Below are positions 8,560-17,348 of a stretch of 34,986 nucleotides of DNA, in pieces. The DNA comes from a bacterium (GTDB taxonomy: Bacteria; Latescibacterota; UBA2968; UBA8231). The notes below the pieces were generated by a model. That model was not told the origin of the DNA. It saw nothing but the letters and a program-made list of their open reading frames with translations, and did no database searches. Position 1 is the stretch's first letter; every line of letters begins with the position of its first letter. Where the stretch lies: NCBI GenBank assembly GCA_027593305.1, contig JAQCJA010000001.1, positions 1-34,986 of the forward strand, in the 5' to 3' direction. The position numbers and the translations under genes are program-made.

Positions 8560-10996
8560 AATGCTGGTCACCTGCTTTCTCCTCATTGTCAGTGTTTCTG
8601 CGGTGCGGTCCGAGACCCGCCCCAACATCCTGCTGATAACCGTCGACACCTTCCGTGCAGACCATATAGGTTATGACGGCTATCCCTACGCAACCACGCC
8701 GAATCTGGACAGCCTGAGCGCCTCCGGTGTCTTCTTCAAGAAGGCCTTCACGACGTCCGGCTGGACGGCGCCGGGCCTCATCTCCATTCAGACATCGCTG
8801 TACGCTCCATCCCATGGTGTGGACATCCGTGGTCGCAGCATGAATCCCTCCGTGATCACTCTCGCCGAAGCCCTGCGAGAGGTCGGCTATCGGGCGCCGG
8901 ACATCTTCTTTCTTACCGACATCCCGAATTTCCAGAACCTGGGGTTGGAGCCGTGGGCGCGACGGACTCAGTACCTGCACGACGGTGACGAGATTCTCTT
9001 CCGCTGGCTGGAGGAGGAAGCCGCCGCCAGTGATCGCCCCTTCTTCCTGTACTATCACTACCGGGATTTGCACCAGCCCTATGCGCCGGGAGAGGAATAC
9101 GAGGAGCTTTTTGCCGAAAATGCCTTCGGCCCCCGATGGAATCCGATGTCATGGGTACGTCGTTTCGTGGCGGACGAAAAAATGGCAATCGTGCAGCGCG
9201 ACGTGATGGTGCCGCGGGGCACGCTCGACTTCGCCCCATGGGACAAGCGTTGGGTCGACGCCCTCTATGACGGGGAGGTCCGCCGTCTGGACGATCACAT
9301 CTTTGGCCGCTTGCGACGGGTTCTCCGGGAACAGGGACTGGAGGACAATACGATCATCGTCGTCTCCGCCGACCACGGCGAAGAGTTGCTCGAACATGGG
9401 TTGATCGGTCACGTATCAACGTTCAAGGAAGGCAGCCTGTCGGAAGAGATCACGCGCATACCACTGATTTTCTGGGCGCCCGGCCGTCTGCCGAAGGGTC
9501 TGGTCCTCGAAGAGGCCCTCGTGCAGGCCATTGACGTGATGCCGACCCTTCTGGAGTTGGCACGTGCACCGATCCCCGAGGGGGTTCAGGGACGATCGCT
9601 GCGGCCGCTGTTCGCAGGAGGCACGCTGCCGCCCCGACCCCTGTTCCTGGAAACGTCCGGAGGGGGATACACAGCGGATCTGGCCCAGTACGCTTCCCGC
9701 ACCCGCGCACTGCGTACGGAGCGCTGGAAACTCATCTGGCACACTCCGGGAGACGCCATCGAGCTCTACGACATCGCCCTGGATCCGGCGGAGGATGACG
9801 AGGTGTCCCAAGCCAATCCGCAGATCGCTGACAGTCTGCTGCAACTGCTGACGACGTGGGCGGCGACCCACCCAAAAATCCGTGAGGCTGGCGCAGACAC
9901 AGCACGGACGAACGCCGTTGCCACGTCGTCCCAACGGCAGGATCGCGTGACAGTGCTCTTTCCTGCTTCGGGTGATACCCTTCAGTACATCGGTGCCGGG
10001 CAGACGATTCAGTTGCAGTGGGATGGTGATTCCCGCCACTACACTGTGGAATATGAGATCGGCCTCGGCGCCTACCATCTCGATGGCCTGCTGGAGGTAG
10101 AGTCGAATACACCATCCTACGGGCCCTTTCATGCAGATTTCTGGAACTCTCTGGTACTCTACAATCCGTGGCGTTTCCGGGTCTATCCACAAGGACGGCC
10201 CGATGCGGCCAGCGACTGGGTAACCTTCAACCTGGAGGCATCGGATGCCGTCGGTTTCTCCCTGTCACCAAGCCTTTTCGTCCTCACGGTTACCGCCCGG
10301 CAGACGATGGACGAACTGCTGGCTCTGGCGCGAGGACTGCTTCTGGGTGTTGTGGATCTCGGTATGTTGCTGGCGCAGATCCCCGCCGCCGATGCAACGG
10401 CGTGGGCCTTGTTGCTGGCCATTGCTGGTGCCCTCGTCTGGCCACGACTGCAGCGCTTCGAGGCAACACGGGTCCGGGCCTGGGGGCTGGTGATTGCCTA
10501 CGTTGCCATCGTCTATGCCACTGTTCCGGTTTTTCCGGATGTATGGGGACGCCTTCGTGAACACATTGGCCCCGGTATCGCCCACCTTGGCACGATTCCC
10601 GTCGCCGCCGCGGCGCTGTGGCTGGCAGTCAAGGCTGGGCGACGGGCCATGGCCGAGAATGCGCCCTGGCGTCTGCTGATCCTGACACTGGTCCTCGCTG
10701 CCTACGTCTGGTTGTTGGCCGCCTTCGGACAGTATCCCGCCGAGCGTCTGCACCTTCTCGAGTATGGCGTGATGGCTGTCGTTCTGTTCCGTGCCCTGTG
10801 CCTGCACCTCAAGGTCCCGGTGGCCTACGCTTCGGCTCTTGGCCTGACAGCCATCATCGGCTTTGGTGATGAGACCATCCAATGGCTACTTCCCCAGCGG
10901 TTTTTTGAACTGAAGGACGCCGGCTTGAATGTCGTCGCCGGTTCCCTCGGTCTGGTCCTCACCGCCCTCACAGGAAGGCGGGCAAGCCACCAATGA
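8552..10996 (+). CDS. sulfatase-like (alkaline-phosphatase superfamily) ectodomain fused to a beta-rich module and a VanZ-like membrane domain
   Basis: The track ORF starts at 8492. ATG 8552 (MCRMLVTCFLLIVSVSAV, a signal or anchor sequence) overlaps the upstream stop. Sulfatase-fold motifs: NILLITVDTFRADHIGYDGY, TPNLDSL, VVSADHGEELLEHGLIGH, RIPLIFWAPG, DVMPTLLELA. C-terminal polytopic region with the VanZ pattern LLEYGVMAV ... GFGDETIQWLLPQRFFELKDAGLNVVAGSLG. Confidence 0.8.
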   Translation: MCRMLVTCFLLIVSVSAVRSETRPNILLITVDTFRADHIGYDGYPYATTPNLDSLSASGVFFKKAFTTSGWTAPGLISIQTSLYAPSHGVDIRGRSMNPSVITLAEALREVGYRAPDIFFLTDIPNFQNLGLEPWARRTQYLHDGDEILFRWLEEEAAASDRPFFLYYHYRDLHQPYAPGEEYEELFAENAFGPRWNPMSWVRRFVADEKMAIVQRDVMVPRGTLDFAPWDKRWVDALYDGEVRRLDDHIFGRLRRVLREQGLEDNTIIVVSADHGEELLEHGLIGHVSTFKEGSLSEEITRIPLIFWAPGRLPKGLVLEEALVQAIDVMPTLLELARAPIPEGVQGRSLRPLFAGGTLPPRPLFLETSGGGYTADLAQYASRTRALRTERWKLIWHTPGDAIELYDIALDPAEDDEVSQANPQIADSLLQLLTTWAATHPKIREAGADTARTNAVATSSQRQDRVTVLFPASGDTLQYIGAGQTIQLQWDGDSRHYTVEYEIGLGAYHLDGLLEVESNTPSYGPFHADFWNSLVLYNPWRFRVYPQGRPDAASDWVTFNLEASDAVGFSLSPSLFVLTVTARQTMDELLALARGLLLGVVDLGMLLAQIPAADATAWALLLAIAGALVWPRLQRFEATRVRAWGLVIAYVAIVYATVPVFPDVWGRLREHIGPGIAHLGTIPVAAAALWLAVKAGRRAMAENAPWRLLILTLVLAAYVWLLAAFGQYPAERLHLLEYGVMAVVLFRALCLHLKVPVAYASALGLTAIIGFGDETIQWLLPQRFFELKDAGLNVVAGSLGLVLTALTGRRASHQ

Positions 10997-13233
10997 CGGT
11001 TCCTGATCCGCAGATCCGCCCATCGTCGGCCCTCCTTGCTGCCGTCGAAGTCAGTATTGTGGCAACAATCGCAAGCGTCACGCTCCTCTACACGCCGCTA
11101 TTGGCAGACAATCTCCTCGGCAAGACGGCACTGGTACACATCTTCAGCGGCGTCACCGTGCTGTTGTGGGGGCTCGCACGCGCCGTCGAGGGACGCGTCA
11201 CACGCCCTAACGCATCTCAGTTCGTGCCGTTTCTTGTCTTTCTCGTCATCGCCGCCGTTGCCGGTGTCAGAGCCCGCAATCCGATGCTTGCGTGGGAAAC
11301 CTGGCTCAAATGGGCTCAGTGGCTGGCGCTGTTCTTTGTCGTTGCCGACCTGTGTCGCGAGGTTGAGCGCGCGCGCCGGCTGGTACTGGGCGTGCTTTGC
11401 CTTGCCGCCGTCGTCAGTGCCATCGGTCTTCTGCAGGTCGTTGGCTTCGACCTCATGTCACTGCCGGCCAACCGCAGCGGTGAACCCCTGTCCTCTCTCG
11501 GGAACACCAACTTCGTGGCCCACTACCTCGAGGTCGTTCTGCCGCTCTCCCTGGCGGTGGTCGTCTGCGGGGGCTGGACCCGGGTCACGCGCAGCATCGC
11601 TGGCGTGGCTCTGGCCCTGAGCTCTGGGCTGCTCATTCTTGCAGGCAGCCGGGGCGGCTGGCTTGGCGTCGCCGTCGGCCTGTTGGCCATGTTCTGGGCC
11701 GTGCCGCGGCCACGGAACTGGATCCGGCGTCTCCTGCTCGCCGTACTCATCATCGGGCTCCTGAGTCCGGTCGCCAGCTTTGTACTGCAGTCCCTGCCGG
11801 TTGCCCATGAGCGTAGTGCGGCTGATGTCGTGGAGGAACTCGTCGATGCGTCGTGGTCCCGTGCTCTGAGCACATTCGATGGCGCCAACTTCTCCCGTAC
11901 CATGCGCTTGCTGATCTGGCGTGATAGTGTGAGGGTCATTCGCGCCCATCCCTGGCTGGGCGTCGGCCCCGGTCACTTAGGCTACGTGCTGGCCGCCAAT
12001 CGCACGACCACGGGACAGCGCGAATGGCGCAAGCTGATGGGCACTCGCACCAACGAACCATCCCACGCTCACAACGAGTTCCTGGAGACCTGGGCCGACA
12101 TTGGTTTTTTCGGTGCCGTCGCTTTGGTGTGGATGCTGGGTGCAAGCCTGCACATGGCGTGGCGCATCGGGCACAATGGCCGGGATGGGCCGGCGGGCCT
12201 GGATCGATCCATCGCTCTGGGATGTCTCGGTGGACTCGCAGCGGCGACGGTTCACAGCCTTTTCAGCTTCAATCTGCGTGATCCCGTGTCCGGCACGCAT
12301 GTGTGGATTCTGTGCGGGCTCGTTGCCGCATGTGCAGCCCGGAGCGCTGACAGCCAAAGGCCATGGGCGTTCTCCGGTCCATGGCGTCGAGCAGCGCTGG
12401 TTGGTGGCACGGCCATGCTCGCGGCAGCCGGATCGTACCACGGACTGTGCATGCTGTGGGGGGATGTCTATTTTCTGCAGAGTCAGCAGCATCTGGCCAA
12501 TGGCCACGGAAATCGTGCCATCGACGCCTTGCGGCGGGCCGTGGAATGGCGCGGTTACGAGTCATCCTATCATCACTGGCTGGGGCAAATGGCGCTGCAG
12601 ATGAAACGCTACGACGAAGCAGCCCAGGCACTGACGCGCAGCCTGGAACTGAACGACGACAACCCCGGTGCGATTCGCCTGCTGGCGACGGCGCTGCTGG
12701 CGAAGGGACAGGGTGGCCAGGCCATCGCGCCATTGCGACATGCAATCGCCATCGACGCGCTCACTGCGGACAACTACAGTCTTCTCGCAGATGCTTTGCG
12801 GCAATCCGGACAGCCTGCGGCGGCGGTCCCCGTCAGACGGCAGGCAATCTCTCTGCGTGGTGATCCACTTCTGCTGGTTTCTCTGGCGCTGGACCACGAC
12901 AGGGCGGGGCACCTCGATTCGGCTCTCGCCGTGCTGGCAGAGGCGCTACGGACCGCGCCGGGTGACGCGACCATCGTCGGCAATCTGGGGGCTCTGCAGG
13001 TCAAGGCGGGGGACAGTGTTGCCGGCGAGAAGCATCTGCGGCAGGCACTGGCACTTGAGCCTGACAGGGTCCAGTGGTCCTACAATCTGGGGCTGGCGCT
13101 AATGGCGCAGCGGCGATTTTCCGAGGCCCTCGAAGCGGCCCAGGCAGCAGTTCGCCTGGATCCCGAGAACAAGACGTGGCAGGACCTTGTCCGACGAATT
13201 GAGACCCACAACCTGAAACCCTCAATCGAATGA
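10993..13233 (+). CDS. O-antigen ligase/polymerase-like (Wzy_C) membrane protein fused to C-terminal TPR repeats
   Basis: 746 aa. The polytopic N-terminal part has AGSRGGWLGVAVGLL and SHAHNEFLETWADIGFFGAV (Wzy_C hallmarks). The C-terminal roughly 250 aa are TPR-like (YDEAAQALTRSLELNDDNPGA, LDSALAVLAEALRTAPGD, EKHLRQALALEPD, FSEALEAAQAAVRLDPEN). The start overlaps the upstream stop (ATGA). Confidence 0.8.
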   Translation: MTVPDPQIRPSSALLAAVEVSIVATIASVTLLYTPLLADNLLGKTALVHIFSGVTVLLWGLARAVEGRVTRPNASQFVPFLVFLVIAAVAGVRARNPMLAWETWLKWAQWLALFFVVADLCREVERARRLVLGVLCLAAVVSAIGLLQVVGFDLMSLPANRSGEPLSSLGNTNFVAHYLEVVLPLSLAVVVCGGWTRVTRSIAGVALALSSGLLILAGSRGGWLGVAVGLLAMFWAVPRPRNWIRRLLLAVLIIGLLSPVASFVLQSLPVAHERSAADVVEELVDASWSRALSTFDGANFSRTMRLLIWRDSVRVIRAHPWLGVGPGHLGYVLAANRTTTGQREWRKLMGTRTNEPSHAHNEFLETWADIGFFGAVALVWMLGASLHMAWRIGHNGRDGPAGLDRSIALGCLGGLAAATVHSLFSFNLRDPVSGTHVWILCGLVAACAARSADSQRPWAFSGPWRRAALVGGTAMLAAAGSYHGLCMLWGDVYFLQSQQHLANGHGNRAIDALRRAVEWRGYESSYHHWLGQMALQMKRYDEAAQALTRSLELNDDNPGAIRLLATALLAKGQGGQAIAPLRHAIAIDALTADNYSLLADALRQSGQPAAAVPVRRQAISLRGDPLLLVSLALDHDRAGHLDSALAVLAEALRTAPGDATIVGNLGALQVKAGDSVAGEKHLRQALALEPDRVQWSYNLGLALMAQRRFSEALEAAQAAVRLDPENKTWQDLVRRIETHNLKPSIE

Positions 13234-13288
13234 CCGGCACAAAGGCCTCTATGCCATACCATGTTGGCACACCACGCGGAGAGGGACC

Positions 13289-14266
13289 ATGACCGAGCCA
13301 GGCAGCTCACCTGACGGGGCAGTGGACGAGATGTACCTGTCCATCGTCATCCCTCTGTTCAATGAGGAGGAGAGTCTGCCCCCTCTGTGTGCAAGAATCG
13401 ACGCCGTTCTGCAAGATCTCGGGCGGTCTGCGGAAGTGATCTTCATCGATGATGGCAGCACAGATGGTTCATACGCCGTCATCGAGCAACTGGCCGGGCA
13501 GTATCAGTGGCTGCGCGCGGTCCGCTTCCGGCGCAACAATCACAAGGCGGCGGCGCTGGCGACCGGGTTCCGTGCGGCTCGCGGTGAACTGATCCTGACG
13601 ATGGATGCCGACCTGCAGGATGATCCCGCCGAGATACCGAACCTGCTGGCGGCGTTGTCTCAGGAGAATGACCTTGTCTCGGGGTGGAAGAAGAAACGTC
13701 ACGACCCGATCTCCAAGACGGCCCCATCGAAGGTCTTCAATCTGGTGACGTCGATGGTCTCCGGGATCCGCCTGCACGATTTCAACTGCGGCCTGAAGGT
13801 GTACCGGCGAGAGGTCGCCGAGGATGCGCTACCCTATCTGTATGGAGAACTGTACCGATTCCTTCCGGCCATCGCTCACTGGGCCGGATACCGGGTTACG
13901 GAAATCCCCGTGACCCACCACGCACGCCAGTTTGGCGTTTCCAAGTTCGGTGCCAGACGACTGCTCAACGGGTTCCTTGACCTGCTCTCGGTCACCTTCA
14001 TCGTGCGCTTCATGACGACGCCGATGCATGTCTTCGGCAGCCTTGGTCTGCTGAGCACGCTGGCTGGCAGCGCCATCGGCGGCTACATCACCTATCTGTG
14101 GGCCCAGACGGGCACGATCCAGAATCGGCATCCGCTGCTGATGCTCGCCGTCCTGCTCATCATCGTTGGCATCCAGTTCTTCTCCACCGGTCTACTCGGC
14201 GATATGCTCGCCAGCATGCACCAGCGTGGGGGACGGACCCCGAGGATCTCGGCGCGCATCAACTGA
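13289..14266 (+). CDS. polyprenyl-phosphate glycosyltransferase (GT2; ArnC/GtrB/DPM1-like)
   Basis: 325 aa. GAGAGGGA Shine-Dalgarno before the ATG. Motifs LSIVIPLFNEEESL, VIFIDDGSTDGS and LTMDADLQDDP, plus two C-terminal TM helices, as in GtrB/ArnC. Confidence 0.85.
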   Translation: MTEPGSSPDGAVDEMYLSIVIPLFNEEESLPPLCARIDAVLQDLGRSAEVIFIDDGSTDGSYAVIEQLAGQYQWLRAVRFRRNNHKAAALATGFRAARGELILTMDADLQDDPAEIPNLLAALSQENDLVSGWKKKRHDPISKTAPSKVFNLVTSMVSGIRLHDFNCGLKVYRREVAEDALPYLYGELYRFLPAIAHWAGYRVTEIPVTHHARQFGVSKFGARRLLNGFLDLLSVTFIVRFMTTPMHVFGSLGLLSTLAGSAIGGYITYLWAQTGTIQNRHPLLMLAVLLIIVGIQFFSTGLLGDMLASMHQRGGRTPRISARIN

Positions 14267-14336
14267 AGGTTTCTTTCGTCCCAACCGTTCGCGGGCAATT
14301 GTTTCCCCTGCGTCCGTTCTCTCGGGACTAAGTTCC

Positions 14337-14360
14337 GGGCCACGCCTCCCAGGCGGGCCC
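14337..14360 (+). terminator. GC-rich hairpin after the glycan operon (possible terminator)
   Basis: GGGCC(A)CGCC-tccca-GGCGGGCCC: 9 bp with one bulge, followed within about 15 nt by the T-rich CTGTTTCTCCTTTG. There is no immediate U-tract. Confidence 0.3.
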
Positions 14361-14402
14361 CTTCGAACTCTGTTTCTCCTTTGTAACTCCCTGTGCTACA
14401 GC

Positions 14403-14750
14403 ATGTTACGTGTTTTGGGTCGAAGAACAGCAGAGGCCGCCGAAGTCCATGCAGGATTGGCAGATCTTGCCATGGCGTTCCTCGGGGCGGAAATTGACAA
14501 TCTGGGCTATATTCCTTTCACCCGTGATGTTTGCGCAGCGGCCAAGAGCCAGACTCCTTTCTTCCTGGCATTTCCGTCCTCCCCGGCGGCGGCGGCGTTC
14601 GCAGAGATTGCCACCCAGCTTACCGAGAGATCAGCACCCCTGCAACGGACTACTGAGAGCGCTTTTCTCCAGGGAACGTTACGTTCCCTGGCTGAGCAAT
14701 CGCCTCAAAATCGACGCGAGTCCCTCCAAGAGGCCTGGGCCATCCAATGA
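14403..14750 (+). pseudogene. flhG: C-terminal remnant of flhG/fleN (MinD/ParA-type flagellar number regulator)
   Basis: 115 codons from ATG 14403. The stretch LRVLGRRTAEAAEVHAGLADLAMAFLGAEIDNLGYIPFTRDVCAAAKSQTPFFLAFPSSPAAAAFAEIATQL follows the C-terminal third of FlhG/FleN (FL....L..G.IP.D..V..A...Q.P....P.S.AA.AF..IA). No deviant Walker A or Switch regions occur in any upstream frame. The stop overlaps the fliA ATG (ATGA), as in intact flhG-fliA operons. Confidence 0.55.
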
Positions 14751-15535
14751 CCGCGAAGAACACCCCGTCCCACGTTGCCAGCCGGCAGTACGAGAAGCAG
14801 GCGGCTGCCTCCACTGGCCCAGGCAAGGGTGAAAAGGGGCCGCTGGAGGACTATCTGCCGCTGGTCAAATACATCGCCGGGCGACTTGCCATTGGTCTGC
14901 CTCGTTCGGTGGAGATGGATGACCTCATCAACGCGGGTGTCGTCGGCCTCATAGAGGCCTACCACAACTTCGACACCGAGAAGAACGTCAAGTTCGAGAC
15001 CTATGCCTCGTTGCGCGTTCGTGGATCGATTCTCGACGAGTTGCGCGGCATGGACTGGGTTCCGCGGTCGACGCGCGCTCGTTCACGCGAGATCGAGCGG
15101 ACCATCTCGAAACTTGAGGGTCAGTTGGGCCGCAGCCCGACGGAGGTGGAGTTGGCGGCGGGTCTGGGCGTAGAGCTTGCCGAATACTACACGATGATCG
15201 ATGACGTCAGTTCCACCTCGCTGTTGTCCCTCGATGACGTGACCCACGGCGACGATGACGACAAGCAGGTGCCTCTCGTGGACACGCTGAAATCCCAGGA
15301 GAGCACGACGGCGCTGACGCGGTTGGAAGCTGAAGAATTGCGCAATCTGCTGGCCGACTCCCTCGGCCAGCTCACCGAGCAGGAACGTCTCGTCGTCGCA
15401 CTCTACTACTATGAAGAGTTGACGTTGAAAGAGATTGGTCAGGTGCTCGAACTCTCAGAGTCCCGTGTCTCACAGTTGCACACCAAGGCCGTCCTCAGTC
15501 TGCGGGTGAAGCTGCGCAAGCGGTTCATGTCCTGA
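14747..15535 (+). CDS. fliA: RNA polymerase sigma factor FliA (sigma-28, flagellar)
   Basis: 262 aa. Region 2: LPLVKYIAGRL..DDLINAGVVGLIEAYHNFD..KFETYASLRVRGSILDELR. Region 4: LTEQERLVVALYYYEELTLKEIGQVLELSESRVSQLHTKAV. The context (flhG remnant upstream, flagellin in the window) agrees. Confidence 0.9.
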   Translation: MTAKNTPSHVASRQYEKQAAASTGPGKGEKGPLEDYLPLVKYIAGRLAIGLPRSVEMDDLINAGVVGLIEAYHNFDTEKNVKFETYASLRVRGSILDELRGMDWVPRSTRARSREIERTISKLEGQLGRSPTEVELAAGLGVELAEYYTMIDDVSSTSLLSLDDVTHGDDDDKQVPLVDTLKSQESTTALTRLEAEELRNLLADSLGQLTEQERLVVALYYYEELTLKEIGQVLELSESRVSQLHTKAVLSLRVKLRKRFMS

Positions 15536-15646
15536 AGATGCACCTTCGGGGGCCGGCGTCCGGGACGCCTGTGCCTGCTTTGTGAGAAGATCCATCCGCG
15601 TCGAGGATCCCGTCCTCTCTCCGCCTTACCAATATCGGACGCCAGC

Positions 15647-16612
15647 TTGGATGAGCAGAAGCGACAGCGGCTGAAGCGTATCACCCAGAGCATCATCGGC
15701 CTGCCGACGCTGCCCACGGTGATTACCCAGCTTATCAGTCTGATCGATAACCCAAAGACCTCGGCACGCAATGTGTCGCAGTTGATCGCAACAGGTCAGG
15801 CACTAACAGCGAAAATCCTGAAGCTGGCTAACTCTGCCTTCTACGGTTTTCCGCGCGAAATAGCCACGGTGGATCTGGCTGTTGTTGTTCTCGGCTTTGA
15901 GACCGTGAAGAACCTTGGCCTCAGTGTATCCGTCCTGGAACGATTCTCCGGTGCCAGCGTTGCCGGCCATGCGGATGACTTCGATCGGCAGAAGTTCTGG
16001 GAGCACTCGATCGCCTGCGGCGTGGCCGCGCGTCTGCTGGCCGGCAAGCTCCGCTATCGCGTGCCGGGCGAAGCCTTCGCAGCCGGCATCCTGCATGACA
16101 TTGGTCGCCTCATTCTCAGCCAGTATTTCCCGGCCGAATTTGCCGAGGTCCTCCAGGTCATGCGTGAGGAGGACCTCTACATTGGCCATGCAGAGGAAAG
16201 AATTCTCGGGGTAACCCACGCAGAGGTCGGCAGCTGGCTGGCGGAACGCTGGAATCTGCCGGATCAGCTTGAACAATCCATTGCCATGCACCATGCGCCG
16301 GGCCGGATCTCCGGGCCCGCCGAGTTGCCCTCCCTGATTCATCTGTCAGACTTTCTCTGCCGACGGGAGAAGATCGGTGATGGCGGGGGCGACAGGCTGC
16401 CCCATCTCGATCCGGCGGCATTGCGTGCCTTTGGGATTCACGAGGAACCTGTCGCCGCCCTGAAACGCATCTTCAGCTACGGCGACGAATTGCAGCAAGA
16501 GATGGAAAGGGCGGAAGCCTTCACCAACATCGCACGCGGCGGTGACGGCGACGACGGTGGCGCCGCAACAGAGGGTGCACCTGCACTGACGCCTGCCAGG
16601 GGCGGGTCGTGA
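15647..16612 (+). CDS. HDOD domain-containing signalling protein
   Basis: 321 aa with a TTG start as given by the track. Motifs LPTLPTVITQLISLIDNP, ILKLANSAFYGFPREI, WEHSIACG and ILHDIGRLIL fit the HDOD layout. The C-terminal tail is Gly/Asp-rich. Confidence 0.85.
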   Translation: MDEQKRQRLKRITQSIIGLPTLPTVITQLISLIDNPKTSARNVSQLIATGQALTAKILKLANSAFYGFPREIATVDLAVVVLGFETVKNLGLSVSVLERFSGASVAGHADDFDRQKFWEHSIACGVAARLLAGKLRYRVPGEAFAAGILHDIGRLILSQYFPAEFAEVLQVMREEDLYIGHAEERILGVTHAEVGSWLAERWNLPDQLEQSIAMHHAPGRISGPAELPSLIHLSDFLCRREKIGDGGGDRLPHLDPAALRAFGIHEEPVAALKRIFSYGDELQQEMERAEAFTNIARGGDGDDGGAATEGAPALTPARGGS

Positions 16613-16616
16613 CCTC

Positions 16617-17348
16617 GTGGTGACCACTTCCAGTCCCGAACGGAATCCCGACCTGGGGGATGCCGGCGATCCAGGGGGGGATTCCTCGGGGCCGACAAGG
16701 GCACGTGAACTGCTGCAGCGGATCGCGGCCCTCGATGCGGATGCCGCATGGGAGCTTGGGTTGCACATCGATTCACTGACGGAATCCGAGAAGGAATTAC
16801 AGGTTCGCGTCAGTGCCCTTGAAGAGACGAACGGACAGTTGCAGGAACGCCTCACCAGCGGTCATCTCCAATACGCTCAGCTACGGGCGTCGATGGATGA
16901 AGTGCTCAATCTCCACGAACTGTCCGAAGCCATCAGCACCAGTTTTGACGTTGAGGATATCCTGGCGCAACTGATGAGCCTGTCTGCCAGGGTCGTCGCC
17001 TACGATGGCGCGGTCTTCTCCCTGGAAGGGGAGGGCGCCCGGCTTGAGCCGATCGCGCTGCGTGGTGCCGGGGAAATGCTGCAGGGGCGAGTGCGCATTC
17101 AGTGGGAGGACGGCATCGTCGACTGGGTTCTGCGCGAAGGGCGCCCCGTCGTCATCGATGATCTTGAGAGTTCGGAGGGCCATACATTCGTCTTTGTGCC
17201 CTTGCGGGTGGGGGGCAAGAAGATCGGCGTCTACGCTCTGCACTGCACCAAAGCCAAGGACGATTACAGAGTGAGATCGACATGCTCGGCGTGCTGGCCA
17301 ATCAGGCTGCGGCGGCGATGGAGACCTCCCGCCTCTACACCGATGTAG
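16617..17348 (+). CDS. sensor histidine kinase, N-terminal part (coiled coil + GAF), interrupted by a frame change near 17265-17280
   Basis: A GAF-like core (ILAQLMSLSARVV..VFSLEGEG..GIVDWVLREGRPVVIDDL..FVFVPLRVGGKKIGVYALHC) is followed by about 25 codons of Arg/Cys/Trp-rich out-of-frame-looking sequence (RVRSTCSACWPIRLRRRWRPP). Confidence 0.7.
   Translation: MVTTSSPERNPDLGDAGDPGGDSSGPTRARELLQRIAALDADAAWELGLHIDSLTESEKELQVRVSALEETNGQLQERLTSGHLQYAQLRASMDEVLNLHELSEAISTSFDVEDILAQLMSLSARVVAYDGAVFSLEGEGARLEPIALRGAGEMLQGRVRIQWEDGIVDWVLREGRPVVIDDLESSEGHTFVFVPLRVGGKKIGVYALHCTKAKDDYRVRSTCSACWPIRLRRRWRPPASTPM

Noticed and set aside
12405-12419. TGGCACG-N4-TGCT sigma-54-like element
   Set aside because: It lies inside the Wzy_C/TPR coding region and its -12 element is imperfect (TGCT instead of TTGC). 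Other TGGCAC hits (1742, 6605, 9534, 13048, 26687, 33668, 34132) lack any -12 box.
14166-14402. Upstream part of track ORF 14166..14750, which would make a 194-aa FlhG-like protein
   Set aside because: The first 79 codons overlap the GT2 gene end and the hairpin region. They are Ser/Pro/Arg-rich with no MinD/ParA motifs. Only the part from ATG 14403 resembles FlhG.
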